Shown here piece by piece: positions 1-12,194 of a DNA stretch of 60,484 nt. Each line of letters opens with the position of its first letter. Within the stretch, counting starts at the first letter, position 1. Both the position numbers and the translations under genes were made by a program. Below the pieces are notes generated by a model, which made no database searches, had not been told where the DNA came from, and saw only the letters and a program-made list of their open reading frames with translations. Source of the DNA: Atractiella rhizophila (taxonomy: Eukaryota); assembly GCA_021432655.1 (NCBI GenBank), contig MU271462.1:1-60484 (forward strand), read 5' to 3'.

Positions 1-1981
1 ACCGAAGACCACCAGGTTGGTGACGACTCCGATCGAGAATCCGTGATACAGACTTCGCCCTCCGTCTTCCTTCATTGCGTTCCACCACATCTCCAGCATG
101 CCTTCGCCTTTCGGTTCCCGCACGGGGACTACAGTTCTGAAAGGTTTCGTGGGATTCGCCGTATACCGCGTTTGGGCTTGTAGTCGTTTCCGTATTGTCT
201 CGATAGGGAGGGTAAGGCCCAGTCCGACGGTGGAGATCACCAGTTCACCCACCGCCCAAACCATCGGTGAATCCTCTCGCTCCGAGCCAAGCCAGTGAAA
301 TATGAGCATCGGCCCGCCAAAGTGTACCAGCGGCCGAAGGATCCCTTCTACAATGGTTGAGCTCATCAATTCTTCTCCCCAGAAGGCCCTCCACCATCCT
401 CCCTCTTCTCGTACAACCGTATCCAACGCATCCAGGGGACCAGAATATTTCCGATGTTGAGGCATCGCTGACTGGACGATTAAACGTGTTCGGATCAGGT
501 CAAAAGGCGATAGAAGGACCGTAGTGAGTAGGTGGGAAGAAACCGTGAGCAGAAGGATCGAACGGGAGAAGGGGTGTGCAGACGAAACTAGAGGTTGAAG
601 GATTGTTTGCACGAGTGGCTGCAGATTTGTGGACATCGTGTCCAGAATGAATGTCGTCATTTGTCCTGCAATATTCATCAGCTATGTGTCTTTCTTTAAT
701 TCTGTCTGAAAATTTGTCAAAACAGCAGAAAAATAGTCAGTCCGGGTGCTTTCACAAGGGTGCAACGATTTCTTCTCTCGCCCTCCGCTTCTTCCACGGG
801 GCGGCATAAAAATTAGGTCCGGGATGTTGAATCGAAGCACTTCTTATGAGAGACGGTACGTTTAACATTTACATTTTAACGAGGAAAGAATATCTCTATT
901 AATGCTGCAACGGTTTAGCGTACTTATCTGAACAGCACGAAGCACAGGTGCTGCCGGTGCCGATGTTGCTAACGCCCACTTGAAGGTAAACGATAAAGTG
1001 TACAGTCGCCTCACTCTCCACATTTACTGCAATCGAATAGAAATGATAATGCCATATCACATATTCACATTCCTCGTCCATAGCATGGACAGAAAGAGTT
1101 AGCCAGTCCCATTGAATAGTTCAGACTAGATCAAGGATAGCGATCATATGTCTAGCAACAATTCATCCCGAGAAGGCATATATAACATCCTCATTTGAAA
1201 CGAATGCAAACATTCTGCACTCATGAAGCACATAAAGACTCCACACAAGAGAAAACCCGACAGCAAGCAAAAAAGTGAAAAAAGACGCACCCTTCCACAA
1301 ACTCCACCCACCCTCTCCCCTCATAGCTCTCACCCTCTTCACCATCTCCCACACGCCATCCTTCTCTCCACTCCTTTCATCCACTCTTAGCTCCCACTCC
1401 TTAACCTCCACCTTTCCCTTCCCTTTCGGCTGCGCGCTCGATGGATGTTGGTGCTGATGATGCCGAGAAAGCTGCTGGGTTGATTGCGTGGATTTGGTCG
1501 TTCGTGGAGTGGGCGGGAGGGAAGGGTTAGAAAAATACTCGTCTTCTTCTTCCTCTTCTTCCTCCTATATCCCATTCCATCCCATTCATCCAACGATCAG
1601 ATCACTCCTTCACCGCGTCCCAATGCAAAATGCCAAAACCACTACCGAGAAGAGACAAACCTGATGATGCGACCCTCCAAAACCTGTGTTACTCCCTGCG
1701 CTGATGCTCCCAACATGTGAGGTCGAAGGAGTCGGTGCTGCCCGAAGCTGCAACAACGTCTTCCCGACCTCGAGGGGCATGACGAGTCCCGTGCCGAGGA
1801 AGGCGACGATGGCGCTGCCGAAGACTGGCGGCAGGGAGTAGGAGTAGTCGGCATGATAGTGAAACTCTGCGTGGCGAGCGGAGGACTGGGGAAGCGGTGG
1901 GGGAGATGGTATTGACGGAGTGGGAAGAGAGGGCGTAGGGACGTAGTAGGGGCGGAGCGGATGTGGCGTGGGATTGGACAT
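1..1981 (-). CDS. UGO1: Ugo1-like mitochondrial outer-membrane fusion protein (degenerate mitochondrial carrier family), 3'-truncated by the window edge
   Basis: Exons 1981-1661, 1564-1291 and 665-<1 joined by GT-AG introns give MSNPTPHPLRPYY...MPLEVGKTLLQ...GVWEMVKR...EGGWSLWKG/QMTTF...SPFDLIRTRLIVQ...LPIETIRKRLQAQ...SLYHGF. Three Px[DE]xx[KR]xx[L] carrier-like signatures plus the N-terminal LRPYY motif typical of fungal Ugo1. Confidence 0.85.
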
Positions 1982-2329
1982 GGCGGTTGTGGTAAAGGGA
2001 GAATGTCTGAAGTTGATTGCTGAACTCCTTGATGTCACAAGTTGCGCTGAGCGTGTCCGACCGCCCTGAGAGGAAAATGAACTTGAAGCAGCAAACAATT
2101 CTGCAAACAGTTGGTTGATTATTGCTACACTGGATCTATATTGAGTGAGCCTGAAGCACGCGTGACGCGGAACATTAGGCAGAGTCTGTTGGAGAGAGGT
2201 CTGTTGCGTGAAGACGAAAGAGTCGAGCTCCGATCTGAATATTACTGCAAGGATAAGCTAACACTGCGCTAAACAGTACAATCATGAAACTAAACGATTG
2301 GTTTGACAGTTGAATTTTGTTGGGAACAG

Positions 2330-3980
2330 TCATGAGTGAAGAAAGTTTGGGAGGGGGCGCGAGGTTCTTGTGGATGCGAAACCCGTAAAGCGGTTTGGAT
2401 CGCTTGGTGAATCTTTCCCTCCTTCAAATTGACTGTTGCTGGTGCACGATGCTTTGACGGGAACATCCTTCGCTCCTTCACCCGATCCTCCCCCGCTTGA
2501 ATGTTCCTGTTCCCTGATGAGAGACGAAGGGAGACGAATTAGGTTTGAATACGCACCGTTTCGACTTGAACAGCCGTTTCGCTCTGGACTAAAATTGCTC
2601 TCATGAACATACTCGGCGTGGTTTCATTTGAATTCGAAACTGCGAACTCGGGGCCTGCAGCAGTGTGGCTAGAAGCGACGAGGGATTGCCGCATCAGGAG
2701 ATTCACAAGGAAGGTGATGGAGTAGATACGACCGATATTAAAGAGAATCGCCAATGACACATTGCTGACAGAAAGCGTCAGACGTCGTAAGCGGCGAAGG
2801 GTTGCATAAGTACCTTGGATTGTTCTGCAAGTAGGTTATCAAAGCACAGATAGCAATCTAGAGAGCAATATCAAATCCAATGATCCAGAGTAGACGGCGA
2901 CGCACCAAGGCTGTTGGAGTACAACTCTCAAATGCAAGTATGGACAATGTGGAGAGTAATTTCTTCGTCTCTGTAAAACCACACGTCAGTTTGAGCTTAA
3001 TTGGACGTCAACCAACCGTGGTGTAGGCGCTTAGATCGAAAACGCAGCAAATGAACAGTCAAAGCAGTAGCAATGGCAACATCTAAGTCAAGAAATTAGA
3101 ATATGCCGGTCAAGGTAGAACGACTCACCACAAACGGCATGGGTAACTACAGCCAGAATAGCTGATAATTCTATCCTGTTTCGTTCTGAATATTCATTAT
3201 GCATGACAACTATCACTGAGACAAGTCCAGCACTTCCGAAAGCAAAGAGGGCCAGAACCGCTAACAGGCTGGTGAAGATGAAGTTACGAGACAGGCGAAG
3301 GTAGCGCTGGATGAAGTAGCCTTCCACTACAAAGGAAATCGTGGCTAGAGTGGCCTTAAGGTGCTTTCTTCGAAGACAAGATGGGATTGACCAGTGAGGA
3401 AAACGCATGCCGGAAAGTGCCATCCTAATCTCGTTGTCAGAGTGTTAACCATAACAAATTGAAATAGTTGCTGACCTTGACGTAAGAGGTACTCTTCATT
3501 CCCCCAATTTGTGACCGTGTATGCATAAACACCTGGAGGATCATCAGGAAGAAGAATAGACGCAAAGGAACCCACAAGACATTTCTACGGCGGTACACGC
3601 CGTATCCACAATAGCGCACTAAACGGCCGTCAGTCTGCGTTCTCTTGATCATGACAGAAACTTAAGATAGCAACAGCTGTTCTCATCGGCGGTCCATCCT
3701 TCGAACATGCCCTCAGATAGTACAGGTACACCATGCACCTAAAGAAATAGCATGAGATGATGACACGAAGCATGAAGTCTAAGCGGAATACTTACATTTC
3801 AACACTCCATAAAGCAATGTTTGTCCTGTCAAAGCTCAGGGACTTTTCAAATGCCATCACGCAAATCTCTCTCACCATGTCCCGATCACTTTCGGACAAA
3901 TCAAAGTGCATTCTATGCTCTGCTGAATCTGCAGACTTACTAATGGGGATGACCACAGTTCGAAACGCTTCAGAGGGCAT
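2330..3980 (-). pseudogene. DUF6534-like multipass membrane protein, copy A (probably disabled)
   Basis: Spliced product MPSEAFRTVVIPI...VYAYTVTNWGNEEYLLRQ...YFIQRYLRLSRNFI...DVAIAT...TKKLLSTLSILAFESCTPTAL...FNIGRIYSITFLVNLLMR. The intron after 'AVAI' starts TTAAGT (3665-3660) where paralogues have GT. The tail has a +1 shift relative to paralogues. Confidence 0.7.
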
Positions 3981-4052
3981 ATCGAAAGCAGCCAGAAAAA
4001 GGTATGTTCCGGCTTGGCAGAGAGAAACAGTATTCGGCTCTTTCTTCTCCTC

Positions 4053-4060
4053 CTTATAAA
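4053..4060 (-). promoter_or_regulatory. TATA-like box (TTTATAAG) upstream of copy A
   Basis: The same octamer occurs 70-90 bp upstream of the ATG in copies A, D and E, within otherwise diverged homologous flanks. Confidence 0.55.
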
Positions 4061-5135
4061 ATTGGTTACTGAGACGTATCTTTGCTCTCCCAAATCCTAC
4101 AAGACTAAATTAAAGTCTCCTTTATTGCTGTTCTTGGGACGCGATAAAATGAGGAGCTTCCCTATGGCTCTTCAGCGTTGTCGCTAAAAGGGGTTCGACG
4201 GTCTGCTTCTTGATCCGCAGTGCTTAGCGTTAAACATGCGGTGCATGTCAGGGCCTCTGGAGATCTCGTTACACGACTCGGCCCTAGTAGTTGATATTGG
4301 AATGCTCTCGAGGCGCAGATGTTCCCAAAGACTAGTTTCAAGCTCTGAGAGCAGAACCCACACATTCTGCGGGGTTCTTTGAATTTGTGCATATTTGTAT
4401 GCAAACCGAGTTGAATGGAGTGAAGACGGGAAGAAGGAAGGCTGATTATCGGATTCGAAACGTGAGTGACGAGTGACAGCGATTCAGTACACAACCGGTT
4501 TCATTGATCAGGCTGGTCATTTCGATGCAGGTTATGACGGGGTGAATGCCGGTTGTGAAGACTTGGACAGAAGTTCGTGGTGTCCACTGGCACTGTTCGA
4601 GAGTGACAATGTAAGCCTAACGATAGTGGTTTCCGCAGTCAAAAGATAATGAGCGAAATAATTGGTAGTGGCGCAAGCACCAGTCGCCGACCTGAACTTT
4701 TTATGCAGAATAGCTGCAGGGGAGACGTTTTATGCATGCTGATTGTTTGGGAAAGCAGCTCAGTCGCTGAGGACAGAGCTCTTAAGCCGTTCGTAGAAAG
4801 GATGACGCTCCGCTCTCTGGCAAGCAGCAAAGCACGGGCTCAGGCAGGACTCCCTTGCACTCAAACCAGGGATATCTAAGAGCAACTCAGCCTGCCACTC
4901 ACATTTATTTTTAGTTGTCGGCTGCTTGAACTACTAAGTGAGCGACGCTTGAGAGCAGAGTGTCAGTCTTTGCAAGCGTACCTGTGAAATGGTAACGGGA
5001 AAGGTATTAGACAAGTGTTTCTGTCAGAACACTGCTGCTGGTTTGACTTTTTACCTTGCTTGTTTTTCTAGAAATCAGCTAGCTAAAGTAGTAGGTTAGG
5101 GAAAGAATGAAGGAAACTAAGGAATAACTGTTATA

Positions 5136-5402
5136 CACAGTAAGACTGCACCGGCTGAGTTCCGAAATCCAGCCCGCAGAGCACTGAAAATTCAGCACTT
5201 GAGGCTGGATTTTCAGTCTCGATGCAAGTTTGATGCCTGAAGCTGAAGCTAGAAGTTCAGCATTTGCATGCTGAATTTTTCACTCATGTAAGTTGAATCC
5301 TGTTCTCAATCGATTCCGTCATTCTATGGCTGAATATTTCAACCTAAAAAGCCTAAAAGAAGGTGGAAAAAAAAACAACAAAAAAAAAGCCAAAAAAAAA
5401 AA
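5136..5402. repeat. Cluster of short inverted repeats built from CTGAA/TTCAG, followed by A-tracts; possible DNA-transposon end relic
   Basis: GAAATCCAGCC (5164-5174) pairs near-perfectly with GGCTGGATTTTC (5203-5214) around CTGAA-AA-TTCAG. TTCAGCAT-TTGC-ATGCTGAA at 5256-5275 and GGCTGAATATTTCAACC at 5328-5344. A-runs at 5367-5402. Confidence 0.5.
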
Positions 5403-6845
5403 TCCCCGCCGGCAAAACGATGGTAACGAAACGTTCAGCAGTTCCAATACCGCTGAATAGTTCATCCTCTACATACTAAGCACTTCATAGTTCGCTTCAT
5501 CTGCTGCTACGAGTATATAACCCTTAACAGCTTAGCGTGTACAACACAAGCTAAAGAATAAAATACCATACAATATGGTGAATCGTCGACGTGATAGAAA
5601 TAGAGAACAATATGCGATTCAATATACTAGGAATGAAGAGGCTTTCTTGTATCAACCCAGACTCCACTGCTGGATTTCCTTTTTCAGGAGACAGTAGAAA
5701 ACACAGCTAAATGACATAGGAGAATCGGTAGAACACCATGGGACATACAATTTCACGGCCGTCACCATCGCGCCGTCCTCTCGCTCTCCGGCACTGTAAC
5801 TCTCACTTACGATCCCTTCTCTGGTGCTCTTTCATCGTCGGCAACCTCCTTTCGGCGCTCCCGTCCACTCTCTTCCTCCGTCCAGCCTCCCTGCCTAACC
5901 CGACCTTCCTTCGGCCACTCCTGCGCCGTACACCCACGTCTCCATCTCGTCCTCGTGCTCTGTGTATTCGATTTCTGAAGTCTACTGTAGGGTAGAAGAC
6001 GGAAAGATAGGTGGGGGATGGAAGGGAGAGCGGGAGAGCGAGAGAGCTCTGGGAGGACGAACTGACGTTCCTCTCTCTCCTTAGTGATTCGGCCTCTGTT
6101 TCGCACGCGGTTCTCAATTAACAAACGAGAATGGGCGACAGAGCCGGGAAGACGTTTATGGACGGAGAGAGTGGAAGGACAGCGTAGTTGGGGGTACTTG
6201 CGACGTCAGCCTTCGTTCCCCAACCATTCCTGATCTATGCTCCTCTTTCGCATCCTGACCTTGCCCGTGAAGTAGGTGGATTGGGTAGTTAAAGGGTTCT
6301 CGATGCGTCAGGCGGCAGGTGGAGTGCAGGATGGATAGCAAGGGGACAGGCGAGAGAGACCGGCTTGTGGAGGCTTTCCGACGTCCTCGCTCCTCTGGTC
6401 TTTTTCCACCCGTTCCTCTTCCACAATACGACGGGACGGAGGAGAGAGCGAGGAAGGTTTTCACTCAAACGAAAAGAGAAGGCGAGAAAAGTGGGGGGAG
6501 TAGTGGTCGGAAACTAACACACATACACGCCTCGTAAAGCATTACTGGAAGCAAAGCAAGGCTAAAGAAGGTGGAATGGGGATCCTGAAGTAGTAAACAA
6601 AAAGTAGTTACAGTATTGCCACAAAGGATTTAGAACGAGTGACCGCTTCAGTTAAGAGATCCTAACGACGCGGGATGAGGAATATTAGGACATGCTCTGC
6701 TGGAGAAGGAGAGCGGGAGGATAGTTGACGAAAGACGAAAGACTTCTAACTCCTATTAATCGAGATATTACTATAAGCTAAACAGTAGTACACAACATGA
6801 AACTACTAGTCGATAGCTTTGATAATTCAGTGTCTGAACGAGTAG

Positions 6846-8490
6846 TCAGGATGTGAAGGGAGTTTGGTTTGGGGCATTAGATGCTTGGGGATGCGAGACC
6901 TGAGAAGCGTTCAGATCTCTGGATAAATCTCTGCCTCCAGTAAAATCACCGCCAGTGCAGCCAGTGTGGGAGATTTTGACAGGAAAATCCTTCTCTTCTT
7001 CACCCCATTGCTCCTCACTTGAATGTTCCTGCTCCTTGATGAGAAATGAAGGAACCCGAACAAGAGAACACTGACCCTTTTGATCTGAACCGTCGTCTCA
7101 TGCTGCACCGAAATGGCATCCATGAACATACTGGGTGTGATTTCGTTGGAATTAGGAAGAGCAAATTCAGAATCTGTAGTCGTACGGCCAGGAGTACCAA
7201 GGGATTTCCTGATCAAGAGATTTATAAGGAGAGTGATCGTGTAGATACAACCGATATAAAAAGCAATGCCCGATGAGGCATTACTGTAGAAACCGTCAGA
7301 CACAGTGGCTAGATGGCAAAGGGTTCTATACCTTGTATTGTTGTGCAGGTAGGTTATCAATGCACAAGTAGTAATCTGGAGAGCGATGTCAATCCCAAAC
7401 GATCTAGAGGGCGACTGCATCCTACCAAGGCAGTCGGGGTACCACTCTCGATTGCAAGTATGCATAATGTTGAGAGCAATTTTTTAGTCTCTATAAATCG
7501 GCAGGTCAGTTTCAGCTAAACGTGAGCATGAACTCACGCTGAAGTAGAGGCTTAGATCGATAAAGCAAGAGATGAACAATCAAAGTGGTAGCAATGGCAA
7601 CATCTAAGTGGAACGTTAGAAAATATGCAAGTTGACTCGTGCAACTTACCACAGACAGCATGTGTGGCTACAGACAGACTGACTGATGCCGTAAGCCTGT
7701 TTCGTTCCGAATATTCCTTGTGTATGACCAGCATCACTGAGAGAAGTACACCACATCCGAAGGAAACAAGAGCAAGAATTGCTAATATGCTGGTACGTAT
7801 GAAGTTACGAGACAGTCTGTGGTAACGCTGGATAAAGTAGCTTTATACTACCAAGGCGACAGTGACTACAGTGGTGTTAAGGTAGTTTCTGTGCTAGAAG
7901 GAGGATTGACCAGTAAGAAAAATGTAAGTGGGAAACTCCCATCCTACATTTCGAACGTCAGAGAGCTGCACACTAACAAACTGAATGAGTTGCTCACCTT
8001 GACGCAGGAGGTACGCTTCATTCCCCCAGTTTGTGACCGTGTATGCATAAACGCCTGAGGGATCATCAGGAAAGGGGAACAAACGGAAAGAAACCCACAT
8101 GACATTTCGACGGCTGTACAAGCCGTATCCACAATAGCGCACTAAACACCGTCATTCTTCGTTCTCATGATGAAATAAACGACGGAGAGGGACGATGGCA
8201 ATAGCCGTTCGCATTAGCGGTCCATCCTTCGAACATGCTACCGAATAATACAGGTACACCAGACACCTGAAGGAGTCACATAAGATGATGAAGCTCTAAG
8301 GAGAGTTACATTTCAAAACCCCATAAAATGGCATTCGCCCTGTCAAAGGTCAAGAGCTGTCCAGGCGCCATTACAAAGGGCTCTCACCACGCCCCGATCA
8401 CTATCGAAAGAATCAACTGCATTCGGAAAGAACTTAAATACGGAACTTACCAATGGGGACGACCACAATTCGAAAAGCTTCAGATGCCAT
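6846..8490 (-). pseudogene. DUF6534-like multipass membrane protein, copy B (nonsense mutation)
   Basis: Same exon structure as A/D/E (MASEAFRIVVVPI...VYAYTVTNWGNEAYLLRQ...). In-frame TAA at 7845-7843 (GTA GTA TAA AGC TAC) where copy D has GTG GTG CAA AGC TAC. Confidence 0.8.
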
Positions 8491-9107
8491 ATCGAAAGCT
8501 TCAGGAAAGTATTTTCGAGTGAAACAGTGTTGTTCAATTCCTTCGACGTAAAGTTGGTTACTGAGAGGTCTTTGTTCTCCCAATCCCTACGAGAACAAAT
8601 CGAGGGGTTCCAGCGATTTATTTCATGGCTCCTCTTTTTCTGGACACGAAAATTGGGGTGTTTCGGTTCTTCTGCACCGTAGACCAAACGAAATTGGAGC
8701 GTCCCTTCTAGTTGATCTGCAGTACTTGACAACATCAATTGAGACCTCAGAGACATCAGGTTCCATTCGGCCCGGCTACAGTTGGACTCTGAAATCCTGT
8801 CGAGGCTCGAAGCGCGCATGTTCCCAAAAATCAAGGGTCAAAAAAGATCAGTTTACGACTCTGAGAACCGAAACCCACGAACCCACACACTCTTAGGCTG
8901 TAGAGCTATGTTTTTGGATGGGCAAGCCGCTTGGAATGTGCAAAGTGGAGTGATGGTACAGTGGCAATATCATCGACAATTTAGCAGGTCCGATCTTTAA
9001 GATTGAAGCGACAAGCACGGAGGAATGCTCTGAACGAGGAAGGCTTGAGTTATTGTTTTTGTAAAAGATGATGATGTCGTCGGCAAGAAGGATAACAGCA
9101 CCGAGGT

Positions 9108-10172
9108 TTACATCCTTCTTGAGCAGAGTGAATCGAGTGAAAAGGATATCGAAGTCGCAAGAGTATGCGTCTCTTCGCTATCTCCGTTCCGAAATACGTT
9201 GGTTTTCTTCGCTTCCCATTCGTCCACCAAAACATTTAGCGCCTTAATCGATTCTCCATTGGCACGAAGAATAAAGAGTTTGATAGACAAGGCATGGCGA
9301 TCCAGCTTGGTAACAATGGTTTCGTCCCTCTGGTGATATCCTCTTCCGGCTATGTACATATATTCGAACATACCCAGTGTGCCATCATCGCTCAAGCCTC
9401 CAATCGGCAGCCCTTGAAATCTCACTCCTACAGAGTTCACGCGTTCAACCTGATGACCACGACGCACTAGTATGAGAATGGAAACTAAAGGGCATTTGGT
9501 GAAAAAAGAGTCTGGAAGAATCGAAGTTATTCTGGTCAGACCTTGCGGGAGTTGCAAAATTATCGAAGACTAGTATACACTTGTGAGCGTTGAAATATTG
9601 TGCGACAGCCATAAGCTCGTCATCACCCGGTTGAGGTGTTAATCCAAAAACTCCCTTGCAAAGGTTGGTGGAGAGAGAGGAGAAGTCGGAGGAAGCGTCA
9701 CATCGAGTCCAAAAGCGAAAGTCCTCTTCCCTAGCATTTGTCACGGTTGTAAATGTATTCTAAATGTCGAATGCATGTAGGAGTTCCGGTGCCCACTCCC
9801 AAAACATAACTGTGCATTGAGGAGTTAAAGTGTCAGCGTCTTGTAACAGCTGATGAAGCTGAAGTATCCGAGCATTCTTGTTTCCCTTCTCGGCGAGAAG
9901 TGGCGGAGGGCTATAAGTGATACGACAGACTTCTGCCAGCTTCTCGTTCATCCACCTTTCGACAAGAAATGGCGAATAGAGCGACACTAAACTTGCAAAG
10001 GTTTGCCGAGATCAATGCCCATGTTTCTTTCTTTGTTTGTTGCAGCCGATGAACCCGGATCGCTGTCGAGCCCAAATTTGAGTAGAGTGGTGGTTCTCTT
10101 TGACCCTGCCTCTCTCCTCGGTGCGATATCACAAGACAGGTGTCGTTTCAGCATCCCGTTGTTTCGCTGCAA
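9108..10172 (-). pseudogene. Degenerate coding relic, product unknown
   Basis: Chain of abutting minus-strand ORFs. 9760-9987 and 9445-9744 are in the same frame separated by a TAG, then the frame shifts into 9108-9557. No family motif recognised. Confidence 0.3.
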
Positions 10173-11094
10173 GTGAGAACTTCCTCCTGGGTGAGAAACG
10201 GTGACCGTTGCAATGAGGAGACAATAGACGTATGAGGAAAAGGTATTCTTTCTGCCTCTGACTTATACAAACGACGAGACAGTCCAAGGAATGAGAAATC
10301 GTTGCCTTGGGTTATCACGGCGATGAATAAGCTGAAACCCTTCTCGTAGGTCCGTCCGTGTTGGACTTCTTATTGTTATGAAGAGAATCATGGTATATTT
10401 TAACACTTTTATAGGGCAGGTGAAGACTATTGAACGAATGGCAAAATAAGAACGGACCAGTTGGTAACGTTGTGCACCAGTTCGATCAAGAGGTGACTTG
10501 GGAAATAAGAGATACGAGGAGAGATCGTGACCATCTTGTCCTCGCATGTCAGACAACACTGGTGGTAAATCTCAAAAATAATATTGTTGTCGTAAGAGAC
10601 CATATATTCACCGGAAACTAATCTTTAGATAGACGATCTTGTAACTCATAAGGAGAGTGATAAGGAGTCGCTCCCATGAGGAGTCAATTCATAGAAAGAT
10701 ACATAGTCTGATCCATCCTTCTCGTGCGTCATGAGTCTAATGAACACAGACGTTAGCATCACAGATTTGAGAAGACGCATTATGAGGCGAAAGAGTAACA
10801 AATCATTTTGATGAGGAAGAAGCAAGAAAACAAGGCTGTAGTACATTTGGCAGCTCAGTCAAGCTATTCGATATTATGTTTCAGTTCGACATATAATTCG
10901 TCTCATTCCTCCTGAATATTTCTTTCTCGAGACGACCATTAATGAGAATCTCGAAAATCTGCACTTTGTCTTTTGTGCCCTGGTCTCGGAACCGAAGATC
11001 ATCAAAAATTTGGGCCGCCACCGTGACTTGAACGACCAACGACAACGACATCACCCACTCATAGATATTTTACCAGCTCCCTCAGTTATCAATC

Positions 11095-12194
11095 ATGTCC
11101 ACTGAAGCTGCCTCCAATATTCCTACTTTCAAACTCGTCCTTGGTGCGCTGTTTCTTCTGCAGCCGAAGAGGAGAACTGGAATACTGATGTGATTTGGAT
11201 GGATCAAGTCGGTGATGGTGGAACAGGAAAGACCACTTTCGTCAAGGTTTGTCGTTCTCTCCGTGTCTGTGGGCTAGACCTGAGTACTGTTTCAATGGTA
11301 GCGACACTTAACTGGTGAATTTGAGAAAAAGTGAGTTTTTCTGTTGCATCATCAGATGCGCGCTGATCGCGTCTGAATCAGATACATTGGTTTGTTGCAC
11401 TCATCCTCCTTACCATTTCTTTCAAAAACACGTGTGGATCTCAAGCCTAATATATCTGACACGGAATAGCTACGCTTGGTGTCGAAGTTCACCCACTCAC
11501 CTTCCACACCAATGTGGGAACGATCTGCTTCAACGTTTGGGATACCGCAGGACAGGAGAAGTTCGGAGGACTGAGGGATGGATATTATATCCAGGTTCGC
11601 CTATCCCTTTGGACTTTCAATGGGAACAGTAACTCTGATCGATTGTTCGTCAACAGGGTCAGTGCGGTATCATCATGTTCGACGTCACTTCGAAAATCAC
11701 ATATAAGAACGTCCCCAACTGGCACCGCGATCTGGAGAGGGTGTGTGAGAATATCCCTATCGTTCTTTGTGGCAACAAGGTCGATGTCAAGGTATGTGTG
11801 CTTGCTGAGTGTTCTTCCGCCATGACTCATGGATTGGTGTGGATGAAAACAGGAGAGAAAGGTTAAGACCGGAGCAGTCACCTTCCACCGCAAGAAAAAT
11901 TTACAATATTTCGAGATCTCTGCTAAATCGAACTACAACTTCGAACGTCCTTTCCTTTGGCTTGCTCGCAAGCTTGCTGGGTAAGTTGGCTCTCTCCCTC
12001 CTGTTCTGAACTGCATTTACGGATCTTGACCTTGAATCCATGTGCGCAGAAACCCTGCTCTTGAATTTGTTGCCGCCCCTGCTCTCGCTCCTCCAGAAGT
12101 CCAACTCGACCAAGCCCTCATGGCAGAATACGAGAAGGCGCTTCAAGACGCCGCCGCCGCACCACTGCCAGATGAAGATGACAATGATTTCTAA
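11095..12194 (+). CDS. GSP1: Ran family small GTPase (Gsp1/Spi1)
   Basis: Eight exons give [51 protein letters not shown]...[17 protein letters not shown]...LCGNKVD...[11 protein letters not shown]...LPDEDDNDF*. All G-boxes and the acidic Ran tail are present. Includes an 8-nt exon at 11382-11389. Confidence 0.98.

Noticed and set aside
770..830. Possible spliceosomal snRNA (Sm-like site plus hairpin) in the UGO1 intron
   Set aside because: None of the invariant U1, U2, U4 or U5 sequences is present. Kept only as part of the long-intron finding.
5650..6540. Several overlapping ~100-aa Arg/Ser-rich ORFs
   Set aside because: Explained by purine/pyrimidine-skewed low-complexity sequence. No motif or consistent splice model.
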